Part shown: positions 11,986 to 23,990 of the stretch, piece after piece
How the letters are laid out: each line of letters opens with the position of its first letter
Position numbering within the stretch: position 1 is the first letter of the stretch
Assembly (NCBI GenBank): GCA_964199315.1
Contig: OZ116699.1
Span: 18,910,001 to 18,974,000 of the forward strand
Source of the DNA: Orbicella franksi
Lineage: Eukaryota
Direction of reading: 5' to 3'
Length of the DNA: 64,000 nt
Position numbers and translations under genes: made by a program
Notes under the pieces: model-generated
Databases searched by the model: none
What the model saw: only the letters and a program-made list of their open reading frames with translations
What the model was told of the DNA's origin: nothing

Positions 11986-12969
11986 ATGAACACCGCTGTA
12001 TGGCAACACAGACTTGATCACAGAACGACTTATAGTTCGTCATACTCGATGAAACACGAAGGATTGGGCAAGATGATGCACGGCACGAACGACAGAAATA
12101 ATTTCGCCTTGGTCGATAAATTACCGCGTTTAACGACGAACTTTCCTACGACCGGCGTAACAGAGGAGAGCGATGCGGACGACTATTACCCATTTGTTAT
12201 TGGACACGGGTCGAGTTTTAAAGTTATCGACCCCAAAGTGTACAAACAACTGCGGCGACATAATATTCAGTCAAAGGTACCTGTTAAGGTTGCCGATTGT
12301 GCGGAAAAACCGACGATGGCGAGTCACAAAACTCCCGCTACAACGAATACAAAATTTCCAAGTAGCTCTGACAGTGCGGACGATGCTGACGAGTATTGTG
12401 AACTTTCACCGCTTGCGAAAGCGCCTCCCATACCGTTATCAACTCTTCGGTCACAGCCCGTGGATTTAAAGTCTAAGAATAGCCTCGCAAAACTGTCTAG
12501 CTTCGAACGGAGACTCTGTTCGGATTGTTATTATTCAAAGACTAAAGCGAGTCTAGTCGAGAGTCAGCCGAGCTCTCCGACATCACGACCTACGACTCGA
12601 CTTGTGGACACTAGCTCAATGAAAAGCGAACGAGTGGAGAACTGTTCTCAGTGGACAAACGAGAAGCAGGAACCCCTCTTGTGTGGTGTGGAAGCAGACG
12701 AGCTCATAGACTATGCCAGTTGTATGTGTTGTGTGAAAGGTATCTTTTATCACTGTACGAAAGACAATTTCGATGAAGGACAGCTCGCTGATGAGCCGTG
12801 TTCGTGCGCGGGGCCCGTCAGTTCGTGCGCGCCGCGCTGGGGTTGCCTAGCTATTCTGTCCCTATTCATTCCCTGCTTGTGCTGCTATTTGCCTGCTGTG
12901 GGCTGCAAGAAAGCCGCCAAGGGCGCGAAGAAGAAAAAACCGCAGAAACGCTTTAGATTTAACCCTTAA
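11986..12969 (+). CDS. Spry: Sprouty (RTK/FGF-ERK feedback antagonist), single coding exon, 327 aa
   Basis: C-terminal Cys-rich SPR domain IDYASCMCCVKGIFYHC..ADEPCSC..C..RW..LAILSLFIPCLCCYLPA.GC closely matches SPRY2 VIDYGTCVCCVKGLFYHC..ADNPCSC..RW..MSLFLPCLWCYLPAKGC. There is no EVH1 domain, so it is not SPRED. An acidic Tyr motif DEYCE is present. Confidence 0.96.
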   Translation: MNTAVWQHRLDHRTTYSSSYSMKHEGLGKMMHGTNDRNNFALVDKLPRLTTNFPTTGVTEESDADDYYPFVIGHGSSFKVIDPKVYKQLRRHNIQSKVPVKVADCAEKPTMASHKTPATTNTKFPSSSDSADDADEYCELSPLAKAPPIPLSTLRSQPVDLKSKNSLAKLSSFERRLCSDCYYSKTKASLVESQPSSPTSRPTTRLVDTSSMKSERVENCSQWTNEKQEPLLCGVEADELIDYASCMCCVKGIFYHCTKDNFDEGQLADEPCSCAGPVSSCAPRWGCLAILSLFIPCLCCYLPAVGCKKAAKGAKKKKPQKRFRFNP

Positions 12970-13725
12970 TAGACCAGGATCAATTAATATTTCAGATTAG
13001 AAACATTTTGACTTCATAAGTCAGAGCATTGAAGTAATTTTTGTAAAATACACAGCCGTATTTTATGTGCGAGTTATTATAAGAGTTGAAATCGAATATT
13101 TTATTTACCGGATGGGAAATACGAATTCACAGAAGTTTCAAACAGTTTTTCGTTTACAGGACTCAGTGTGTGTCTCAGTTGTGATCTGATTTAATAGCGC
13201 GCGGGGATACGTTATCTGCACTTTTGTTATGTAACTTACGTTTATGACGACAGCCGTTGTGTTTTCATGTCATTCTATTTATCTTAAGTCATAAAATTGA
13301 AATCAGAGTTTTTGGATCTTTATTTACATCATAGGATGACTGATGGATTATAAAATATCCCCGCGATTCAATTTCAGGGTATCAAATGTTCTTGTTTTCC
13401 CAAGTGTTCTTTCATTGACTGATCTATTTATTATTTAGTCTGTTTTGAAAAATCTGTTTGACGTCTTTTGAATTCAGGTTCACCCGACAAAAAAAATACA
13501 TATCATCTGCGAATATGCAGCAGTGTAAAAAAGAAATAGTTAAATTATGAAGCGCAGAAATAATTATAATTTATGGAGTTATTAATCTCTGTATTTAAGT
13601 TTTGTCTTGTTTGACTATTGTGTGTAAAATTGCTCCTTTTCTGAAGACTCTTATTATTACTTCAGGTCGAAGTTATGCGGAACGCTCAGAAAGGAATTGA
13701 ATAAAACTGGGTGTTTCAGGATATG
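12970..13725 (+). promoter_or_regulatory. Probable sprouty 3'UTR with ATTTA elements and a poly(A) signal
   Basis: Eight ATTTA pentamers (13103, 13189, 13277, 13322, 13426, 13433, 13569, 13593); AATAAA at 13700-13705. Confidence 0.5.
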
Positions 13726-15412
13726 TTTTGTGCGTGTTATTTTCTTGGTCATAGTTTTGGAACATTTCTTCACTAGCGTAGCTGTTTCATTCCTTCTTTT
13801 GCGTTAGTAAATCGAACCGCCTGCCAAGATGTTGGCAATGAGCGAGTCTTGTGCGATTTTGGATCAAAACTAACCCAACACTGACTCAAGTTTTCTTGGT
13901 CACGTTGAAAACCCGCACTAACCCACTCAGCATATAAAGCATTTGCGGCCCACTCATTGTTAGTTACCGTTAGGCTCGGACCTTTGGGCGTGAATATTTG
14001 AAAATGTTTCAGCGAGCGATCTAAATTGATTAGAGCTAGCGAGCCTTAAATGTTTCTTTTCCTCGTGATAACAAAGAAAACACTGTGATCTGACGTGCTG
14101 ATACTTTCTTATCGCGCATTTGGTCGGAAACGGAAGTGGGAGGCGTCTAATTTCGATACTCGATGTTTCTTCTCAGCCCTCAATGGTCAGCTCGGTCACT
14201 GTGCTTCCGCTTGCACTCCAAACGTCTTTTTTTCGAAAATAGATCGCTAAAGGATGATATTTGCCCGCACGAAGCTTACCCAGTGCGTTTGTATTTTTGC
14301 CGGAATCGTCAGCGTGAGTCATTTAAATAATATCAACTTGAGATTTCCTTACCCGCTTAGAGTTATTGTATGGTGTTACGCTGTTTTCAGTCTCCAAGTT
14401 TGTTGCGCGATTTTGAGGCCAGCACGAGTTCCGTCTTGTGACAATTGGATATTAAAACGAGACGGATAATCCTTAGTTTCTGTGGAGGATTTTAGTTGCT
14501 CGCGCCGTGTTAATTGAAGAAATCGTCGGATTGAAATATTGTTCGTGAACTGCGATAAGATTTATCGACGACGAAAGTGGAGTGTAAAGTTCGTTTTTTT
14601 CCCGTCTCTTTTTTTTTTCCTGTTGTCAAAATCGTCAATTTACGACCTTAACTTCTTTTTGCATCCATGATGATTTTGATACATTATAAGACAAACGGTT
14701 TTTAAGTTGCGTGCTGTTGTTAGCCAGCAGATAAACTGACGGAAATAGACTGGTTAACCTTTAGAGCAAAGCTTAAAGAGGATCTTGAGTCGTTTTGAAA
14801 AGGTTTCAAGATGTTTCGTTTTGGAATAGCATTCGCTCGAAGAACAATATCAACTTTATTTTTCAGTTGTTTACGTCAACAAGGCACTATATCAGGTTTT
14901 ATTTAAACGTGATTACGATATGGTTTCTTCGTACTGGTATAACAGTTTACGGAGGTAAGCAGAAGTTTTCTCTCAGAAAGCTCTGATTAAAAATAGGAAG
15001 TTTTCTTATTACTTAGATCCATCAAAGGATCACGTGAACGTGTCGACCGCCATCTTGAACTCTCTCAGCTTTCCCTAAGCTCAGTTTCTTAAGTCTCCGT
15101 ACTAATTGCCTTACAGGCTTTTAAAGCGAGCCTTGAGAATTTGGTTGTGCAACTGGTTGAGTTTCTTTATTCTACCCGCTACCCATCTACTTGACATTGT
15201 AATGATATTAAACCAGTGATCATTGTTGGTCGGTCACATTGTGAAACAGATCACTTTGTTTTTCTGTTGTAAGAAAACCATTAGACTCGCTGAGTGCTTG
15301 CAAAATGCAACGGCATCTTCGCCGACTAGTTTAAAAATCAAGTTTCAAAATCATGTTAGCGAATCTAAAGTGGAATTTATCGCTCAAGGGACTGCGCTAA
15401 ACTTTTTTGCTC

Positions 15413-15529
15413 TAGCCTGCGAACAGGCTCCCGGTGAGCCCGAAGGAAGCCGCTTTGCTCTCCGAATTCTTCTGTTTCGCGATCGCCAAAATTTTTTTCC
15501 GTCCTCGCCGGGAGCCTGTTCGTAGGCTA
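15413..15529. mobile_element. 117-bp MITE with 26-bp terminal inverted repeats
   Basis: Left TAGCCTGCGAACAGGCTCCCGGTGAG versus reverse complement of right TAGCCTACGAACAGGCTCCCGGCGAG (2 mismatches); TA at both ends. Confidence 0.85.
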
Positions 15530-16410
15530 TTTTTGCTCTGGCTCACGTATTTGACGCTCTGTGTGGAGGGCGCGAAAACCTTATTGTCTACAATGCCATG
15601 AAGTGGGTTTATAAATTAACAAGTTTTAACGAGATTTCTCAATGACAGACGGGTACCTACAGTAACGTCAATTTTTTTTATTACCAAGTAGTTTTCTTTA
15701 AAGTTTGGCTTTGTTTTCTCAAATGGAAAAAAAATCGTTAACCCGTAGATATTCTTTCGGTATTGTCTAATTCTTAGAGACGACGTACAAGAAATTTTCA
15801 AGCCCTTCGTTGTTCACTGCTTTTACGTTGAACAAAGAGCGTATAAAGCAATTAAAGTGTGTTTATTCGCCCCTGCCTACGAGCAGTTTAGTTTCGGAAT
15901 ATAATTCTCATTAGGGCTGCAGTTTCCTCCGGCTCAAATTCTTTCAATATTTCATGTTGTAAGATAAGACATCAATTGAACCAAAATTATTGTAACAAGT
16001 TAAACCTCAGGAAGGCTGCCTACACCTTTGGTAGATAAAAGTATGGTGAAAATGCGAACTCCACTCACTCCCCCACTACAGGCAAGTCAACACTCTAAAG
16101 CATCGTATTTTAAAGATTCATATCGGTTTTACTAAGCAATACCGGAGCACAGGAAAGTCTTAAAATATTTTCAGAAAGTCATTTAATACAAGCAGGACTC
16201 TTTATCAGCAAAGATCTGTACTTGTTCTTTCATTATTGGAATTTTCAACTATTGTTCGTGTCCGCCTCAGCTGAACGCGTAGGACTTTGTCTCCGTCGCC
16301 GTAACCGGGGTAGTTTTGACGGAGAGTGTTTTTGTCTAAACATAGCTTGCTATCAAATCTCTTGTCTAGACAATCAATATATAACGGAAAAAGCGTAGGA
16401 ACCCTACAGG

Positions 16411-16481
16411 ATGTCGCTAAGTCACAAGAGAATTGTAGTTTCAGTATTGGGAGTGATATTGTTTTGCTTCTCTATGATTAG
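16411..16481 (+). CDS. Orphan candidate first coding exon encoding a signal-peptide/TM-like segment (MSLSHKRIVVSVLGVILFCFSMI)
   Basis: ATG with A at -3, basic n-region plus hydrophobic h-region, phase-2 donor AG|GTAAAA. Downstream exons are not established. Confidence 0.25.
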
Positions 16482-17879
16482 GTAAAAACCCCCTTGTCGC
16501 TTTAAGCGGAAAGAGAGTCTTGACCTTCTTGCAGTGGAGTTTGCGTCAAGTTGTATAGTTGGTCACTATAGTGTATTTGTTAATCTATATATATCTTGTG
16601 CTGTTTTCGATGTTTGTTAATTTATTTAAATTGGGTGACTGGAAGGAGGATACCGTAGATGATCAACACCTGACCTTGTTACTAGCAGAAAAACAAGCTA
16701 TGCGTCGTCAGTTGAATTTCCTTTTCTAGCGTGCAAATTTCCTTAACAGCGCTATGTACTTAGTCAGAGCGTGCTAATCGAGCTGAATCACGAACGAAAT
16801 AATCATAATCACCCTATGCCGAGAATTTTGCCTGTGGCCGAGAGGGCGTGTCTTCCGAGTAAACAGTCCAAGCCGGGAGCAGAGGTGAAGCCGGACAAAT
16901 TAGATGTGAATGAAGGGGAAGGGGCGGGGAAAAGGAGCTAAAGAGAGAAAGGAATACGCGGGTGACTTGAACTTGGCCAAGATTCTGCTCGCCATTCCAT
17001 AAAAAAACATATTGTACAGCTTAGAAAGGAAGCCAGTGACATGTGGGGTGCGCATGTTTCATTTGCTTTACTCTGTCTTTTCAGTTCACAGTAAACAGAG
17101 TCACATGCCTTTAAACTGACCAAAGCCGGCTAAAAAATACTCGTGATGTTTTGTTTCCGCTCCACATGCTAAAAATTTTGAACGCTACGTTTGGGTAAGG
17201 ACGTAAACTTGAAAGAATTTCATATTCTGTCCGGCATTGTCCGGGAAGGATTTTTACGGACGTGTTTGACATAATGATCTTCAACTTCAAGGAAGCGAAA
17301 GGGCTGTTTGTGTTCCTGTGTTGATCTCGATCGCTGTTTTGTGCTCATTTCAGTTAAAGGCGTTGGCTGATCTTTTTCCTTTCATCCTTACAGCCGGTAT
17401 TATTACTTGTGGCTATGTGATCCTGTCACGTCCCAGCTAGTTCTGTCAGTCCTCCTAACATTGACCATCCTAAAGAATGTGTCCTAAACTATGTCCTAAA
17501 CTCGTTTGGTACGGCCGTATTATGTTTTTCAGACTCCAGGCCGTCAAATGTAACTGAAGTTACGTTTTTTTATCTGTGCGACTTATCATGTTAAAATATT
17601 ACCAACATTAAACATTCGATTATCTTTTACCGATATGCAATACACATGCCTTATTTTTTGCTTACGAGGCATGGCGGTCGATGCCAACGTGTTTTACTGT
17701 AAGGTCGCTTTTTATGAGAAAGCAAGAAAATAACGATCATCAATCACAGTTAATTAACGGTAATTTTCTGTTAAAAATATTCTTTACTGAAAGTGACAAT
17801 AGCATTTTAGTATAAATCTACTAGTACACTAATACCAGTGCCGTTCTCTTATTAGCTACCCAACTCTTTATCAGATCTG

Positions 17880-18105
17880 TTGAAGGAAGTGCGTAGGCTA
17901 GCAATGTGTGGTTGTTAACAAAATGGCGGCCGCTTCTTTGCATATTCGGAGTATCCGTGAAGAGGACTCAAATAATTATTTGAACGTCTGGTATGAAATA
18001 CCTAAACAATTACTCGCTCTCGATTTTGACTCGGGCTGCGCCCTGGTCGACCATCGCGCGATAGTCGACGAAATCTTGAGCACGTAATGTAATTGTTAAA
18101 TATAG
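17880..18105. repeat. Fragment of an interspersed repeat family
   Basis: The segment (AACAAAATGGCGGCCGC..GAACGTCTGGTATGAAATACCTA..GTCGACGAAAT..TAATTGTTAAATA) resembles an abundant coral repeat from recall only. Confidence 0.35.
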
Positions 18106-19265
18106 TACACCGAACAAAAACTGTTAGAGACTGCAAAGGGGGAATTTACACGACTTCGGGTTAGAAATCAACAGGAGTTACTCTGGACGAACTGTTTTGC
18201 CGTCAAAGGTAGACGTGTAATAGAGTTGTAGCACAGAAAGAAGACCAAGAAGTGCAGGTAGCGTTGTTCATTTGCTCATTATTGCGTGTTTAAAAATCGC
18301 CATGCTTCGTACCTTCCGTTATCTTTTATTTCGCCCCACCCCTCGCCGTCCCCTTATGAAACGTGACTCACTACAGACACTACATTGGCGAAAAACTTTC
18401 AGCTTCTCCTGCTGCCGTGAAAAGGGTTACGAAGCATCATCGTTCACGCTTTGCGTGACTCTAACCAAAGCTAAATACATTCTTTATTAGCGGCTACTTT
18501 TCGTATTGCATGGACGTGCCATATGGGTTTTCGGGTTTCCTGTCTTAAAGGTGTCCTGCTGTGTTCTGTTTTTGTTTTGTATTTTGGTTCGTTGTTTTTT
18601 GGTTATATTAATAATTTGGTAGCTTATCGTTCACATTATTAGATAGTAACCAGGGCAAAATGCAGCCCGCCGACTTGTCTGTAATCTGTAATTTCATCGC
18701 TTCGAAGTTATATTTATAATCCAGACCCTAACCCCTGTCCCACCCCTGTGCATCAGCTTCTGCCTGTGGGCAGTGTTTTAGAATTCATTTCTGTTGATGA
18801 AAGTCAATAATTGAAGATTTGTGTTTGATATGGCTCAAGTTTTTGTGGGTGGCTTCTTTATAATATATTACGTGACGTTTCCTTACTCTTGTTCAAACCT
18901 CACGTCAAATACAATGTTTTCCGTACATTTCCTTCCTCGGTTCTACTTCTAGGTCACGCTACTTCGACGTAAGTTGTGCCTTGTAATCACGCACTCGCGA
19001 AGAAAAAATATAATGTTTTTTTGTGAGCAAATCTCAACGAAGCAAAGAAAAAGAGGGTTTTAAATACTTTAGGTCTTTCATGTGAACTTCGTGCTGCGTT
19101 CTCTGGCGTCCGTTCCGTCGGTGCAACAGTTCATCTCAGCCTTTACAACAGGCAACTATCGCTGAGTACATTTTTAATCGTAATTTTTCTACTGTTACAA
19201 ATCGTTATTAGTCAGGTGTTATTGTCATACAGTTTGTTTGCACTTGGGATATTTGCTAATTCCCT

Positions 19266-19390
19266 ATGTTGTGTTCTTGGGCAAAAGACTTAGTTATAAC
19301 TCACGCTTACTCAGAGTTCGACGAATTGTTCGGGTAATCTAAGGAAATGGAAGGGGATGGTTAAGTCGAAATTGACGCTACGGCATCCGG
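19266..19390 (+). mobile_element. Degenerate internal SINE fragment
   Basis: GTTGTGTTCTTGGGCAAAAGACTTA resembles ATGTGTTCATGGACAAGACGCTTAA in the 57773 SINE; downstream CGAATTG...GGGGATGG resembles the SINE core. Confidence 0.4.
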
Positions 19391-22300
19391 TACCTACCCC
19401 CCTCCTCCCGCTTAGGATTGGAAAGGGACGGCCTAAAATAGTAAAGTCAGCAAAGGGCAAACCCTCAAAATCTAAAATTTGCTGTGCGCGACTTAATCAA
19501 ATTTCTCATCACCGAGGTTGGAATAACTAAGTGTCCTCACTTGTCCGCCGACACCTATAATTATTGAGGGATCTATTGTTGCTTAAAAAAAGAGCACATG
19601 CACTCATGATTGATTGCTGTCAGTCAAAGTCTAGATCTCCGCCCCTCGTTGCTTTGTGAGTTTTACCAAGTTGGTAAAGTGAACTGCACGGAAACTTCCC
19701 AACTTAACTTAACCGTTAAGAGCCGAGAAGTAAGTTCATTACTGTTAATTTTCATTCGTTTGCAAGCTTCCAACAATCATTCGTGTTGGAATCGTGTGAG
19801 AAACTCACAGACTGACTCAGGGAAATCGAGGAACAAGTTTTATGTTAACTAACATTGCTCATACATTTCTGTTGTTTCTCAAAAACTCAGTCAATTAAAC
19901 TGATATAGTTCAGCAATTTGTCTCTTGCGCACATCTTAGTGTCCTCATTACTGATTCTAGCCATGGTTTCTGAGTGGATATATATTGTTAGAATTTGCCG
20001 TTATTAAAAGGCCTTAGCCGGAACCGGTCAGTAGAAATAAGAGTTAATAATACTGATATATTAACGCGTCACGAGTGCAATTTAAAGTTTGCTTTCGCTC
20101 TTGTTAACTTTTTTTTCCCCTCCAAAGATCTGCCTCTGGGTTCCTGAAGGTGATCTGGCACACAATTAGAACCAAAAAAAAATCCTTTTCGCGGCTGGCC
20201 GCGTTCAGTCGGCAACAGAAGTATGGTCATGTCTTGAAACAATATAAGTTGCTGTTGACTGTATCTTTATAGATGATTTATATACAAACCGGTTTAGATC
20301 ATCTATAATACTGTGCCTCGACCATTAGAAACGCGATCTTAGGAAGATATCATGTATTTTAAAAATGAACATTTTCTTTCCGTAGGACTTTCACTCCGGG
20401 TTCACTGAGCAAAATTTCCCTTGATTGTTTTCGATAGCCGAGACAGCTCTGTTCGTGCGATTGGAAGCTTTATTCTCATCAGATGCCTGCTGAAATTTGT
20501 TTGGAAATGTTAGGAGAAATTAGAATTTAATCACTGAACATTGTGAATTGTGTGTCATTCCCAGTTTTTACGATCTTCTCAGATAAGAACCATGGAACTC
20601 ACTGGGTCTAAACTAATAGAATGTATCGTTTTCGTTTACAAACTTTGTTTCATTTTTGACAGTAACAAAACATTTCACACTTTTTGATTGTTGACATTTT
20701 CTGAGATCTTTGATCCCCACACGGATAGTAAAGAAAATAACTTGCTGATAATCTTTCCGCGGTGGTCAGTGGAAATCAGGAAGGAAGTGTTTTTTGAAGG
20801 GCCACTCAAGGTGAAACAAATGGCCATTAACGATATTAATGTTGTTGCCATTAGTCACTTTTAGGCCCCTGTCTTTACCGCTAATGGTTTTTTGGTTCTA
20901 GTCGAACGAAAAATGACAATGTAATATAAATACCTCATGTATGGGAGAGCGGTAAATAAAAGTCGAGTTTTAACCTAAAGGAAATGGGCGTTGTTTTAAT
21001 TGTGCTTTTTGTGATGGATTCCGAGTTGTGATGTTAAAGAAATTGCTGGATTGGCAAGGTTTTGCAAATGTTTTGGTTTGCTGTAGCGAAGAACTTAAAA
21101 TAGAATTGAGATGTCTTTTCTGTTTCCAGAGTTCTCTTCTCGGTGACCTGTTAGGGTAAAAATGATTAAACTTTTATTAAAATGAATGAAATGGTTTTGG
21201 AAACCGTAATAAAGGAGGATTATTTGTAAGCAGTGTTATGAAGCTGCAGCTCAGACATCTTTTATTATCACAGGTGCAATGGGTTAGTTTATCCGCATTG
21301 TTTTGAAACCCACTGCTAACCACAGGAGCATTGCTCGTAGACACTGCTTCCTTCAGGAAACAAGTTGAAAAGAGAAAAATCAAGATTGTTAGAGTGGATG
21401 CGATTAGTTAAATCAGGCTCCTTTTGAATTGAAAGTTTCACTTTCTGTCCATCAGTGGATCCCACTTTAGAAAATATTTCCCAGTGTTTATGGTTTTAAG
21501 TTATTGATCTAACAGATCAATCATACAGATCCGGTGCTATAATTCGGCAGACTCTGTGTCGCCGTGGTCATTTAGTTCATTGTCATGTGAGGCACAGAGG
21601 AAGGAAAGGCTTATTATTATTGCTTTCTGTCAATTATCAAGGCTGGCATTAAGATGACAAGTTTAGTTGATGTGGTTAGGCAAACATTCCATCGATATCA
21701 ACAATATTCTACTGTGTACAGTAGACTCATCGGTTTGGTCCCCGCCCTTTTTTTAGGGGGCTCCCTGAAGTGGTCAAAACAGTCCTATAGATGGACTTTG
21801 ACCTCTGTCGGGTTACGCTCGATGGTGGGGCTCGATGTTTGTTGCTAGCTGCAGTGGCTTTTCACAAAGTGATTGTATTGTAAATTTAGAGATACGAAAA
21901 AAGAAATCGTTGATGCTGGTTCGATTTCCAGATAGGACTGAGGATTTTAGACACTTTTCCCCCCTCTTTTACATTTGTAAGTCTCTGCCAACTTGTTGAC
22001 CCGCCATTATTCATAGTGACCATGAGCAAAATTTTGTGAAAGTGCCAGATTTCGTAAGCAAAATATTCCGAAGCAAGCAACACATAGTAGTTATTAAAGA
22101 CTCAAAAGCTTGACATTTGAATGTCCTCATAACAGTTGGCCGGGTTACTTAGGTGCGAAGTGAAAGGACTGCTCAATTTGAGCGTTCAGCTGATTAGGCC
22201 CCATATTAGGACGTTACTGTTGAAAAACTTAAAATCTAGAAACAACTTCTGCGGGACAACCATAGCCATTGCCGCGTGAAAGTAATGTTCAGTAGCTTTC

Positions 22301-23439
22301 ATTTCAATGGTCTCACACTAAGGTTTGATCCACAGACTCCGAAAAAGTAATATCACGTTAATGTGCTTGCGGTTTGACTCTGGAAATGAAAGGGTTAATC
22401 TCGACCCACGCTCGATCCTGCTGTACGCTTGCTGTGATTGGTTAAACAGGTCCTCTGTTTCAGTTCAGTAGAGAATAAGAATGGTTAGTAAACCACAACA
22501 TTTCAACAAAACAACAGAGCACGAAGTATTGTGGTTTTTCGGCGACCTAAACCTCTTGTGATGTTGGTAGAACGCTCGAAGAGATAATAAATCACTCGTC
22601 TTGGGCCCGTGACCTTGTTCTCTGCATCAGACCACAGAGGCCGAAAAAACAGGCGGTCTTTTTCGGAAGCGGCTATTTTCAGAGTTGTTTTTCGAGCCTA
22701 GTGTTGAAGAGTCACTTGAGGGGAGGGATGTTGAGTTCCCTCTTGTCAAGTGACTCTTACCCTTACGTCATCAAAATCATCAAGTTGTTCAAGATTCAAT
22801 CGCCGGCCCAGGCAAACCGGTGCAGCCAGCGGAGAAAGACATCACGTAAATTGTCCTTGCTTTATATAAATCGTAATAAACTCGTAAATAGGGCCATGGA
22901 TATCATGCACTTAAATCACAAGTACTGGCTTATCCTGGGGTACATGTATGAATCCAAAATAACCCAAGAAACTCTTTGAAACTGAAGTGCCTTGAGAAAT
23001 ACTTCAATTCTCACCAAGGTACTTAGTTGTTTCGAGCTATGCTTTTTCATGCATACCGTGCCCTGATATGAAAGAAAACGATAGAAAAACATCACAATGC
23101 AGTTTAAGAACTCGATGTTTTTCAAATTAATGTTATTCAACTAATATCGTTGGATATACATATATTGGCTTTATTGTCTAATTTCTAGACCCTTTATTGG
23201 ATCTCGTACTCACGCTCAGTTCTTTTTAGTCACGTGGTATAGAAAGGAATGCTACGTCTTGGGTACAAGATTGCAACGCAGCAATTTAAAATGAAGTCCG
23301 CTCAAACGACGTGAATTGAATAAGAGATTAGTAAAGCTGCAGAACTGTTTCGTATGATGAATCTTCTTAAGGCTTACCACATTTTATGGGAGTATTAATA
23401 AGGTAATCGATGACAGGAGGAAGCAAAAGTGCCTCAATA

Positions 23440-23990
23440 TCGAGCACTAGTTTTAGGAATGTCAGCGGCTTTCTTCTGGTTTGTTTAGTACTTGGTATAG
23501 GGCCACTTCTTATATGACTGGGGTAGTTCGTACTACAATGAACAAATCTTGAAAAAACTTATTTCTACTTTAAAGCTCAAGAGTGGCGAATATCATTGAA
23601 TATCCGAAACACGTAAAATTCTGGAATGTAATTCTGATGGAATACCTCGATCCTTTAAAGAAACAACTAGAAAACGCTTTCAATAGCAAGCTTGAATGAA
23701 ACGACCTATGCAATATAACTTTGTAAATACCTTAGAACTCCAGGTGTTGGATATCTTTGTTGGAACTAATATCAATTTTATAAATAGCAAGGCCTCCCCG
23801 GCCTACATTTTAAAGAGGATAGCACTAATTAATGATACAATTTCGGTGAAATTAAGTACGAGAGACATTGAGCACAACTTTCCGAAGTGTTTGAAGAATT
23901 TTATTTGGAAAGAAGACGCTCCTCTTTAATCTGATACGACCATTTTATACGTTAGATTAGTTGGTCTCGAAAGTGTAAACATCGAGCTTG
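23440..23990 (+). pseudogene. Possible highly degraded L1/Tx1-type non-LTR retrotransposon ORF2 fragment
   Basis: Pieces across frames (FRNVSGF; GTNINFINSKASPAYILKRIALI; LKNFIWK) recall the post-RT motifs F..CSGL, GKI.IIK..A, FNFIWK in the expected order. Many stops; by-eye similarity only. Confidence 0.3.

Noticed and set aside
11986-12969. SPRED rather than Sprouty
   Set aside because: No EVH1 domain, and the motif CVKGIFYHC is Sprouty-type (SPRED has CAESMLYHC).
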